Below, piece by piece: positions 1 to 7,783 of a DNA stretch of 22,066 bases. The position numbers and the translations under genes were made by a program. Origin of the DNA: Candidatus Fervidifonticultor quintus (GTDB taxonomy: Bacteria > Sysuimicrobiota > Sysuimicrobiia > Sysuimicrobiales > Humicultoraceae); NCBI GenBank assembly GCA_031459535.1, contig JAVKIJ010000053.1:1-22066 (forward strand), read 5' to 3'. Positions within the stretch are counted from its first letter, which is position 1, and each line of letters starts with the position of its first letter. The notes under the pieces are model-generated. The model saw only the letters and a list, made by a program, of their open reading frames with translations, was not told where the DNA came from and made no database searches.

Positions 1-114
1 GCGTACCTGCGGTTCTACAATCGGGAGCGGCCCCATCTGGGCTATCGCCTCAAGGGGCGAACCCCGGCCATGGCATTCAGGACTCGATTGGAGTCTCAAA
101 GTGCAAACACCTAG
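1..114 (+). CDS. IS481-family transposase, C-terminal fragment (5' end outside window)
   Basis: Frame +1 from base 1 reads AYLRFYNRERPHLGYRLKGRTPAMAFRTRLESQSANT* (TAG 112-114). YNxxRPH-x-G-xx-L-x-G-x-TP is the C-terminal integrase-core signature of IS481/IS3-like DDE transposases. Not in the ORF track. Confidence 0.85.
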   Translation, partial: AYLRFYNRERPHLGYRLKGRTPAMAFRTRLESQSANT

Positions 115-127
115 TCCGAACTTGACA
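1..127 (+). mobile_element. Right end of an IS481-family insertion sequence, including the putative right inverted repeat (~101-127)
   Basis: The transposase stop is followed within 13 nt by ...ccgaacttgACA (ends at 127). On the minus strand this reads TGTCAAGTTCGG..., matching the 5'-TGT terminus of IS481 elements. The left IR is outside the window, so the repeat cannot be confirmed. Confidence 0.7.
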
Positions 128-129
128 CT

Positions 130-1872
130 CTAGAGATCTTCGCGGGGGAGGAGGGCCTGTCCCGCCAGCACGTCCCAGAGCCCCTGATAGGTCAAACGCA
201 GGTAGGGGAGTGAATCAAACCCGAGAAACAGCAGGGTGTAGCTGATGTCGTGGTGCCGGTATCCCCGCTCGGCCAGTAGGCGCGCCAGGCGCTCGACAGC
301 CGCCGCCACCTCGGGAACCGGCAGCGGCGACATCATGCCGCCCAGCGGCAGCGGTAGCTCGAAGAGGATCGCCCGGTCCTCCACCAGGACGATCCCGCCG
401 CCGGTATCCAGAGCACGACGAGCGGCGATGGCCATATCGTGCGGGTCCTGGCCCATGGTGTAGATGCCGCCGCCCGTGCTGTACGTTGAGGCCAGGCCTC
501 CCAGCCGCTGGGCGAACCCCGCCAGCACCGTTCGACACCGCCATCGGCCTGCCGGATCCACCAGCACCAGACGCACGACGCCATCGGGTAGGCCGCCTGA
601 GTGCTGGATGTCCACCCGCGTGGTGATTGCGGCGTCCTTCAGGTGCATCGCCGGGGTCGGCGAAGGAAGGCCTTCCAACGAGAACACCGACGGATCGGGT
701 CGCCAGGGTCCTGGGGTGTACGGCCGCAGCCAGTCGGCCCAGGGGAGATCGGCGATGTCCCGGACCAGCCGGCCGTCCCGCGCGGCGACCTCGCCGCCGG
801 CGATCACCAGGAGAGGGCGGGGCTGATCGAGGCCCTCGAGCAGCACCAGGTCGGCGCGGCGTCCGGGCGCGATGCCGCCCAGTTCCTGATCCAGGCCGTA
901 GTAGGTAGCCGGATTGACTGTGGCCATCTGGTATGCGGCGTGAGCGTTGATCCCTGTCCGCAACGCCGTCCCGATGACGTAGTCGAGGTATCCATTGGAC
1001 GCGATGAACGGGGCCGACGGCCCATCCGGGGTCAGCATCAGGCGGCCGGAGAACGCTCGCGCGCCGGTGGCTACGGGGGCCAGTGCCGGCAGGTCGGGCC
1101 GGAGCGAGCCGTGCCGCAGCATCACGTACAGCCCGGCGCGCAGCCGGTCCAGCGCCTGGTCGGCGGTGATGGCCTCATGGTCCGATGAGATGCCAGCGGC
1201 CGCCAGCACCTGCAGGCGGTCGGTCGAGACGCCGGGCGCGTGACCTTCCACGCGGCGGCCGGCGACCAGGCCGTCGGCGATGCGCTGGAGTAGGGTCGCG
1301 TCGCCGGCGTAGACGAGCGGCCACCGCGTCACCTCGCCAACGGTGCGCACGTCGTCGAGGGCGCGTAGCGCCTCAAGCCGTTCGTTTCGCATCAGTGCCT
1401 GGTCGGCGGGCGTGTGGGACTGTCCGTGGATGCGGAGGAACCAGAAGAACCGAAGCGGTAGCCTACCGAGCGCGGCCATTGCGTCGTGCGTGCGCTCAGG
1501 CCGCGTCAGGTACAGCAGCGGCAGCGTGTCGGCCACGGCGGCCGTCGTGCCATGGGGCAACACCGCCCGGGCGAACGCCACGGGGGTGAACAGCGCGTGA
1601 GGATGGGCGTGGGGATCCATGTAGCCCGGCGCCACGATCCGGCCGCGTGCGTCGATGACCGTGGTATTCTCACCGGTCTCGAGCTGTCGCTGGCCCACAT
1701 AGGCGATTCGCCCGGCGACGATCGCCACGGAGGCCGGCAGCACCTCGCCGCTGTAGACGTTGAGCACTTCGCCGCCGGTGATCAGCACATCGGGCGGCGC
1801 GTCGCCCCGCGCCACGGCCAAGGCGGCCCGCATCTGATCGAGAGTGCAGAACGTGCGTCTCACGGCGCCCAT
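130..1872 (-). CDS. Adenine deaminase family amidohydrolase (YerA-like branch)
   Basis: PGYMDPHAH metal motif, GTT, EGHAPG, DHEAIT, MATVNPATYYGL and GGIAPGRRADLV, plus the C-terminal adenine-deaminase domain (GGGIVLV...LPLPLGGMMS). Start trimmed to ATG 1872 or GTG 1863 because the ORF-track extension runs through the divergent intergenic region. Confidence 0.88.
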   Translation of the reverse strand: MGAVRRTFCTLDQMRAALAVARGDAPPDVLITGGEVLNVYSGEVLPASVAIVAGRIAYVGQRQLETGENTTVIDARGRIVAPGYMDPHAHPHALFTPVAFARAVLPHGTTAAVADTLPLLYLTRPERTHDAMAALGRLPLRFFWFLRIHGQSHTPADQALMRNERLEALRALDDVRTVGEVTRWPLVYAGDATLLQRIADGLVAGRRVEGHAPGVSTDRLQVLAAAGISSDHEAITADQALDRLRAGLYVMLRHGSLRPDLPALAPVATGARAFSGRLMLTPDGPSAPFIASNGYLDYVIGTALRTGINAHAAYQMATVNPATYYGLDQELGGIAPGRRADLVLLEGLDQPRPLLVIAGGEVAARDGRLVRDIADLPWADWLRPYTPGPWRPDPSVFSLEGLPSPTPAMHLKDAAITTRVDIQHSGGLPDGVVRLVLVDPAGRWRCRTVLAGFAQRLGGLASTYSTGGGIYTMGQDPHDMAIAARRALDTGGGIVLVEDRAILFELPLPLGGMMSPLPVPEVAAAVERLARLLAERGYRHHDISYTLLFLGFDSLPYLRLTYQGLWDVLAGQALLPREDL

Positions 1873-1879
1873 TGTAGCA
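1871..1879 (-). promoter_or_regulatory. Extended -10 element (TGcTACAAT) upstream of the deaminase, probably giving a leaderless transcript
   Basis: The minus strand reads gTGcTACAATgggcgccGTG. The -10 hexamer is 7 nt before an in-frame GTG (1863) and there is no SD. Confidence 0.55.
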
Positions 1880-1975
1880 CCGTCCTGCGCGGCAGGAACC
1901 CGTCGGTGGCATCCCAAAAGCATAGGCGGAGTCGGTCGGTCAACGTGGACGTGTGGTGAGGAGGTGAGCCGCACC

Positions 1976-2632
1976 GTGGAACTGCGGTACTACGGTCATG
2001 CGATGTTCGGCATTCAGGTGAACGGGACCACGATCGTGGTCGACCCGTGGAACGAAGACATCGGCTATCCCAAGCCGAAGGTGAGCCCGACCGCCATCGT
2101 GATCAGCCACGAGCACTTTGATCACAGCAACGTGAGTCTCTGCGGTGGCAAGCCCAAGATCGTGCGGTGCCTGGCGCAGGAGGGCAAGACCTGGGCCAAG
2201 GTGGATGAGCAGATCGGCCCGGTCCGCATCACCGGTGTCGCCACCTACCACGACGACACGCAGGGGAGCGCCCGGGGCAAGAACACGGTCACGATCTTCG
2301 AGGTGGAGGGCCTGCGGGTCGTCCACCTGGGTGACCTCGGCCACCTGCTGAGCGACGAGCAGGTACGCGCCATCGGCCGGGTCGATGTCCTGATGATACC
2401 GGTGGGTGGGTACTACACCATAGGGCCGGCAGAGGCCGATCGGGTGATCGAGCAGCTCCGACCTCGGGTGGTGATTCCCATGCACTTCAAGACCGAGGTC
2501 AACGCGTCATGGCCGATCGGCACACTGGACGACTTCCTCAAGGGCAAGCCCCGGGTCAAGCGGATGGGCGCCTCGTGCACCATCACGCGGCAGACCCTGC
2601 CTGCCACCCAGGAGATCTGGGCCCTGGTGTAG
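1976..2632 (+). CDS. MBL-fold metallo-hydrolase (COG2220/UlaG-like)
   Basis: YYGHAMF, VDPW, SHEHFDH (HxHxDH), HLGDLGH, PVGG and IPMHF motifs. Strong SD GAGGAGGTGA (1958-1967) before GTG 1976. Confidence 0.9.
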   Translation: MELRYYGHAMFGIQVNGTTIVVDPWNEDIGYPKPKVSPTAIVISHEHFDHSNVSLCGGKPKIVRCLAQEGKTWAKVDEQIGPVRITGVATYHDDTQGSARGKNTVTIFEVEGLRVVHLGDLGHLLSDEQVRAIGRVDVLMIPVGGYYTIGPAEADRVIEQLRPRVVIPMHFKTEVNASWPIGTLDDFLKGKPRVKRMGASCTITRQTLPATQEIWALV

Positions 2633-2759
2633 CGCCGGGCCCCGACGGGCAGTCGGGCGCCCCGTCCGCGGGGCTCCCTTGTCCACCGGAGCCGGCATCA
2701 GGTGGCGGCCGGATAGAGCCGCCCGGGCGCCTTGCCTATGCTACTGGTGGTGGCCGATA

Positions 2760-3650
2760 ATGTCTCCTTCCTCGACTGAGACCACGGATGCAGGTTTCGC
2801 CATCCTTGAGAAGTCCATGCTGGCGCCCACCATCGGCAGGTTCCTCGTCAAGGCGCCCTACGTGGCCAGGAAGCACCGGGCCGGCAACTTTGTGATCGTG
2901 CGCCTGGACGAGACCGGTGAGCGGATTCCGCTCACCATCGTGGACGCCGATCGGGAACAGGGCACGATCACCCTGATTGTGCAGGCGGTCGGTAAGACCA
3001 CCAAGGCCCTCTGTGCCAAGCGGGCCGGGGAGATGATCCGGGACGTGGTCGGCCCGCTGGGCAACCCCACGCCGGTGGAGCATCACGGGGCCGTGGCCTG
3101 CGTCGGCGGGGGCGTCGGGACCGCCGAACTCTACCCCATCGCCAGGGCGCTGCGCGCCGCGGGCAATGCCGTCCACAGTATCATCGGCGCCCGCACCCGC
3201 GAGCTGGTGATTCTCGAGGAGGAGATGCGGGCTGTCTCCGACAGCCTGGCGGTGACCACCGACGACGGCTCCTACGGCCGCAAAGGCCTCGTCACCGACG
3301 CGCTGGCCGTCCTGCTGGATGCGCGGCCGGAGATCACCGTGGTCTATGCCATCGGTCCGCTGGTCATGATGCGGGCTGTCACGCAACTGGCACGGGCCCG
3401 GGGCCGGTCGTGCATCGTGAGTCTCAATACCATCATGGTGGACGGCACCGGCATGTGCGGCGGCTGTCGGGTGACCGTGAACGGGCAGATGAAGTTCGCG
3501 TGTGTTGACGGCCCGGAGTTCGACGGTGCCGGGGTGGACTTCGACGAGCTGATCGCCCGCAACCGTACCTACGTGGATCTGGAACGGCTCGCCGACGAGC
3601 GCGCCGCCTGCGTCCTGGCGGCAGCCGTCCCCGAGGTCGCGGCCCGATGA
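2760..3650 (+). CDS. nfnA: NfnA/SudB-type FAD/NAD-binding [2Fe-2S] subunit of NADH-dependent reduced ferredoxin:NADP+ oxidoreductase
   Basis: GERIPLTI, VGPLG and GGGVG motifs, and MVDGTGMCGGCRV...ACVDGPEFD (Asp+3Cys [2Fe-2S] ligation). The stop overlaps the next start (ATGA). Confidence 0.85.
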   Translation: MSPSSTETTDAGFAILEKSMLAPTIGRFLVKAPYVARKHRAGNFVIVRLDETGERIPLTIVDADREQGTITLIVQAVGKTTKALCAKRAGEMIRDVVGPLGNPTPVEHHGAVACVGGGVGTAELYPIARALRAAGNAVHSIIGARTRELVILEEEMRAVSDSLAVTTDDGSYGRKGLVTDALAVLLDARPEITVVYAIGPLVMMRAVTQLARARGRSCIVSLNTIMVDGTGMCGGCRVTVNGQMKFACVDGPEFDGAGVDFDELIARNRTYVDLERLADERAACVLAAAVPEVAAR

Positions 3651-5134
3651 AGCCGTCTGCCAACCCGCTGCGGCCGGCCGAGCGGCTCAAGATCCCCCGG
3701 CAGCAGGCGCAGGAACAGGCCCCCCAGCAGCGCCGCGGCAATTTCCAGGAGGTGTCGCTGGGCTTTGACGAGGCGACGGCCCTGGTCGAGGCATCCCGCT
3801 GCCTGGAGTGCAAAGATCCGTCCTGTGTCAAGGGTTGCCCCGTCAACATCCAGGTGCGGCGGTTCGTCGAGCGGATTGTCGAACACGACTACCTGGGAGC
3901 GATCACCATCATCCGGGAGGCCAACGCGCTGCCGGGCATCTGTGGTCGGGTCTGCCCCCAGGAGTCCCAGTGCGAGCTCATGTGCGCTCTGGGCAAGAAG
4001 TACACGCCGATTGCCATCGGGAAACTCGAGCGGTTCGTCGCCGACTACGAGACGCGTCACAACCTGTTCGCGCTGCCCGAGATCCCCCAACGGCACCCAG
4101 AGAAGGTCGCCATTGTGGGCTCGGGTCCTTCAGGACTGACCTGCGCCGCCGAACTGGCGAAGCGCGGCTACCGCGTGACGATCTTCGAGGCCCTCCATGA
4201 GTTGGGCGGGGTCCTCCGCTACGGTATCCCGGAGTTCCGACTGCCCCGGGACATCCTGGACCTCGAGATCGACCGCGTCAGGGCCCTGGGCGTGGAGACC
4301 AAGACCAACTTCGTCGTGGGCCGGACCGCCACCGTCGACGAACTACTTGACGAGTGGGGCTTCTCTGCCATCTACCTGGCCACGGGCGCAGGGACGCCGC
4401 ACTTCATGGGCATCCCGGGCGAGAACCTGAGCGGCGTGTACTCGGCCAACGAGTTCCTCGCGCGCGTCAACCTGATGAAGGCGTATCGGTTTCCCGAATA
4501 TGACACGCCCATCAAGGTCGGCCGGCAGGTCGCGGTCATCGGCGGGGGTAACACGGCCATGGACGCGGTACGGACCGCGCTGCGGCTGGGCGCCGAGCAG
4601 GCCTACCTGATCTACCGGCGCTCCCGCGAAGAGATGCCCGCCCGCCGTGAGGAGATCCACCACGCCGAAGAAGAAGGCGTCCAGTTCGTCCTGCTGGCCA
4701 ATCCCACGCGCATTCTCGGCGACGAGCGCAACTGGGTGCGCGGCATCGAGTGCCAGCGCATGGCCCTGGGCGAACCTGACGGGTCCGGCCGGCGCAGACC
4801 CGTCCCCATCCCGGGCTCCGAGTTCGTGCTTGAGGTGCAGACGGTCATCGAGGCCATCGGCCAGTCGCCCAACCCGATCATCCAGGCCACAACACCTGGC
4901 CTGGACGTCAGCCGGGGAGGCACGGTCATCACCGACGAACGGAGGGCGACCAGCCGGCCTGGGGTGTTCGCCGGCGGCGATCTGGCGCGCGGGGGCGCGA
5001 CGGTGATCCTGGCCATGCGCGACGGCAAGGTGGCGGCGGAGGCCATCGACCGGTATCTGCGCGCCAAGCGAGAGGTCGGTCTCGGGGCGCAGCCCCCCAA
5101 AGTGCCGATCGAAGTCGGGGGCGATCCGTCCTAG
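3647..5134 (+). CDS. nfnB: NfnB/SudA-type large subunit (GltD-like flavo-iron-sulfur protein)
   Basis: RCLECKDPSCVKGCPV and CGRVCPQESQCE Fe-S motifs, GSGPSGL FAD fold, YGIPEFRLP, GGGNTAMD, YRR NADP-specific motif and VFAGGD. Translationally coupled to nfnA, with no gltB in the window. Confidence 0.85.
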   Translation: MKPSANPLRPAERLKIPRQQAQEQAPQQRRGNFQEVSLGFDEATALVEASRCLECKDPSCVKGCPVNIQVRRFVERIVEHDYLGAITIIREANALPGICGRVCPQESQCELMCALGKKYTPIAIGKLERFVADYETRHNLFALPEIPQRHPEKVAIVGSGPSGLTCAAELAKRGYRVTIFEALHELGGVLRYGIPEFRLPRDILDLEIDRVRALGVETKTNFVVGRTATVDELLDEWGFSAIYLATGAGTPHFMGIPGENLSGVYSANEFLARVNLMKAYRFPEYDTPIKVGRQVAVIGGGNTAMDAVRTALRLGAEQAYLIYRRSREEMPARREEIHHAEEEGVQFVLLANPTRILGDERNWVRGIECQRMALGEPDGSGRRRPVPIPGSEFVLEVQTVIEAIGQSPNPIIQATTPGLDVSRGGTVITDERRATSRPGVFAGGDLARGGATVILAMRDGKVAAEAIDRYLRAKREVGLGAQPPKVPIEVGGDPS

Positions 5135-6618
5135 CTTCGGGTCATCAGGTACTCCAGGAGCGTCCGCACGCCGAACCCTGAGGCACCTTTGGGCTGGAGA
5201 GCCGAGGTGCCTTCCTCCCTCTCGAAGTAGGCGACCGGCGCGATGTCCAAGTGTGCCCACGGTACCCCGGAGGTGAACTCCCGGATGAAGACGGCACCCT
5301 TCTGCGCCCCGCCGTACCGGGTGCTGGAGTTCTTGATGTCGGCGACCTCGCTGCGCATGGCCTGGCGGTACTCCTCGTAGAGCGGGAAGGGCACGAGCCG
5401 CTCGCCGGCCCGACCCGCGGCCGTCACCAGCCGGTTCACCAGTGCCTGGTCGGTGCCCATGACGGCGGCCGCGTATGGCCCGAGCGCGATGGAGGCCGCG
5501 CCGGTGAGCGTAGCCACGTCGATCACCTCATCGGGCTTGGCGGCGGCCAGGTGCGCCACGGCCTCGGCCAGGATCAGGCGGCCCTCAGCGTCCGTGTTGG
5601 TGACCTCGATCGTGGTGCCGTTGACCGCGGTGAGGATGTCCCCCGGGCGCAGCGAGCGGCTGCCCACGGCGTTCTCCACCGCGGCGATCGCCGCCGTGAC
5701 CCGCACAGGGGGCTGCAGCAGCGGCAGCGCCCGCATGGTGGCCAGCACCGCGGCGGCGCCGGCCATATCGTCCTTCATCGTGGCCATGCCCTCCGACGGT
5801 TTGATGTCGAGCCCGCCGGTATCAAACGTGACCCCCTTGCCCGCCAGTGCCACGGTCCGCCGTGGTCGCGCAGGTGCGAAGTCCATCAGGATGAGCCTGG
5901 GGGTATGGACGCTGGCACCGCCCACAGCCAGGATGACCTCCATGCCGCGCTTCTTCAAATCCTGCGGGCCCCAGACCGCCACCTTGAGTTTGGTGCCGCG
6001 CGCCGCACGGCGGGCCTCGGCCGCCAGGGCCTCCGGCGTCAGCACGTTGGCTGGCTCGTTGACCAGATCGCGGGCGTAGTTCGCCGCCTCGGCCACCACC
6101 TGTCCGCGACGCCGGCCGGCCTCGATGGCCGTGGCCTCAGCGCGGTTGGCGGCCAGCAGCTCGATGTCAACGGTGGGGCCTTTCTCCTTCCGGTACTTGG
6201 TGAACGTGTAGGTGCCGAGCAGCGCTCCCTCGGTGCGGGCCGCCGCGACGTCGGCCGGTTCCATGGCCGGATGGGGAAACGGCGGAAACGCCACCCGGCT
6301 CAGCTTGCGGTCCTGTGCCGCGCGGGCGGCCGCTGCGGCGGCCAGCCGGTGCCGGTCGAGCGCAAGCGTCGCCCGGTCGCCCAGGCCTACGACGGCGATG
6401 CGCCCTGCCGGCAGCCGGCCCAGCGTGTGGAGCACGAACACCTTACCGAGTTCTCCGGTGAAGCGCTCATCCTGCAATGCCCTGGCGAGCAGACCTCCCA
6501 GGGCCTGATCGATTTTGGCCGCAACGCCCTCGAGCCTGGCGGGCGCGGCATACACGCCCAGGACCAGCACGTCGCACCGATGGGCAGTTGGGTCGGCGAC
6601 GGTCACGCGGACGGCCAC
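5131..6618 (-). CDS. pepA: Leucyl aminopeptidase (M17)
   Basis: GKGVTFDTGG, MKDDMAGAA, NTDAEGRL, ATLTGA and WAHLDIA motifs. SD GAGGAGG before the GTG start. Confidence 0.95.
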   Translation of the reverse strand: MAVRVTVADPTAHRCDVLVLGVYAAPARLEGVAAKIDQALGGLLARALQDERFTGELGKVFVLHTLGRLPAGRIAVVGLGDRATLALDRHRLAAAAAARAAQDRKLSRVAFPPFPHPAMEPADVAAARTEGALLGTYTFTKYRKEKGPTVDIELLAANRAEATAIEAGRRRGQVVAEAANYARDLVNEPANVLTPEALAAEARRAARGTKLKVAVWGPQDLKKRGMEVILAVGGASVHTPRLILMDFAPARPRRTVALAGKGVTFDTGGLDIKPSEGMATMKDDMAGAAAVLATMRALPLLQPPVRVTAAIAAVENAVGSRSLRPGDILTAVNGTTIEVTNTDAEGRLILAEAVAHLAAAKPDEVIDVATLTGAASIALGPYAAAVMGTDQALVNRLVTAAGRAGERLVPFPLYEEYRQAMRSEVADIKNSSTRYGGAQKGAVFIREFTSGVPWAHLDIAPVAYFEREEGTSALQPKGASGFGVRTLLEYLMTRS

Positions 6619-6663
6619 GGAGGTTCCTCCTCAGTCAAGGGGTGATGTGCGCCACGCTGCGCG

Positions 6664-7638
6664 TCAGGCTGGAACGGCTCTGTGCGACAGCGCGATCTCC
6701 TGTCCGGCGCCGGCGGCCACTGCCCGGCGGTAGAGCAGGTCCATCGTCACCACGTCTTCCATCGCGATGCCTTGAGACTCGAACAGCGTGATGTCTTCCG
6801 GCCGCCGCCGGCCGGACTCGCGTCCGGCTACGATGGCGCCCAGCTCGACGACCCGATCCCAGACCGGCTCTCCGGCCCGGGCCAGCGCCACGAGGTCGCC
6901 GCACTCGATCCGCGCCTGTTCCAGATCGTCCACGGCAATGAGATGGCTGCGGCGCACCGCATCGGCGTCGATCTCTTGCCGCGAGGCGGCGTTGGAGCCG
7001 ATGGCGTTGATGTGGGTGCCCGGTCGCAGCCACGCACCGCACAGCACCGGCTCGCGGGCCGTGGTGGCGGTCACGACGATATCGGTGTCCTCCACCGCCT
7101 CTCGGGCGTCGGGCACGGCCACGACTTCTGCGCCCAGTTCGGCGGTCATCTCCTCGGCGAACGCTTCGCGCCGCTGCGCAGAGCGGCTGTAGACCTTCAC
7201 GAGCGCGACCGGCCGGACCCGGGCGATGGCCGCAATCTGGCTGCGCGCCTGCCACCCGGCACCGATCAGGCCCACCGCGCCCGACTCGGGCCGGGCCAGG
7301 TACCGGGTCGCCACGCCGCTGGCTGCTCCGGTGCGCATCTGGCCGAGCCGGTCGGCTTCAATGATGGCGAGGACTTCGCCATCGTCCATCCGGTACAAGA
7401 GAGCCAGGAAGTGTGTGCCGCGCGGGGTCGTGGCATAAGCCTTGACCCCCATCATGCCCAGATCGGGCACGGCGGCGTGCATTACGTGCAGCGTGCCCGA
7501 AGAGGCCGACGCCCGGCTCCGGGGCCGGTTCACCGTCCGACCTTCGCCGAGCGCGCGAAACCCGGCCTCGACCGCTGCCAGTACGTCGTCCATCTTCAGC
7601 AAGTGCGCGACATCGGGCTCGCGCAACAGCAGCGCCAT
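6664..7638 (-). CDS. Ornithine cyclodeaminase/mu-crystallin family protein (possible alanine dehydrogenase or ketimine reductase)
   Basis: GVKAY, RTGAASGVAT, IGAGWQA, GTHINAIGS and ITLFESQGIAMED motifs. Start set at ATG 7638 after GGAG. Confidence 0.9.
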   Translation of the reverse strand: MALLLREPDVAHLLKMDDVLAAVEAGFRALGEGRTVNRPRSRASASSGTLHVMHAAVPDLGMMGVKAYATTPRGTHFLALLYRMDDGEVLAIIEADRLGQMRTGAASGVATRYLARPESGAVGLIGAGWQARSQIAAIARVRPVALVKVYSRSAQRREAFAEEMTAELGAEVVAVPDAREAVEDTDIVVTATTAREPVLCGAWLRPGTHINAIGSNAASRQEIDADAVRRSHLIAVDDLEQARIECGDLVALARAGEPVWDRVVELGAIVAGRESGRRRPEDITLFESQGIAMEDVVTMDLLYRRAVAAGAGQEIALSHRAVPA

Positions 7639-7738
7639 GGGTCTCCAGCCACCAGGTGTGTCGTTAATTTCGATCTTTGTTCCTCGTGGGAAAGAACGCC
7701 TCCTCCCCGCCGCCACCCGCCTTTCCATCAGGAACCGG

Positions 7739-7763
7739 AGGAAGGGCCCGCGCCGCCTGGAAT
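7739..7763 (+). promoter_or_regulatory. Putative SigH(Spo0H)-like promoter AGGA-N17-GAAT
   Basis: AGGA 7739-7742, 17-nt spacer, GAAT 7760-7763, 20 nt upstream of the M20 start. The same arrangement recurs at 10668-10692. Confidence 0.4.
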
Positions 7764-7783
7764 CCTCGTCGGGGTGATGCTGG

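Noticed and set aside
2633..2759. GC-rich stems between the MBL gene and nfnA as a riboswitch or Rex operator
   Set aside because: Only short imperfect stems expected at this GC content, with no Rex box (TTGTGAA-N4-TTCACAA) or recognisable aptamer.
3647..5134. Glutamate synthase small subunit (gltD) or stand-alone 'gltA'
   Set aside because: It is coupled to an NfnA-type gene and there is no gltB in the window, so NfnB fits better.
5251..6645. Long antisense or alternate-frame ORFs (e.g. 5251-6645, 6682-7827, 7664-9001, 9513-10943, 10498-12093, 16219-17391)
   Set aside because: They are shadows of well-supported genes, expected at high GC with few stop codons, and have no recognisable motifs.
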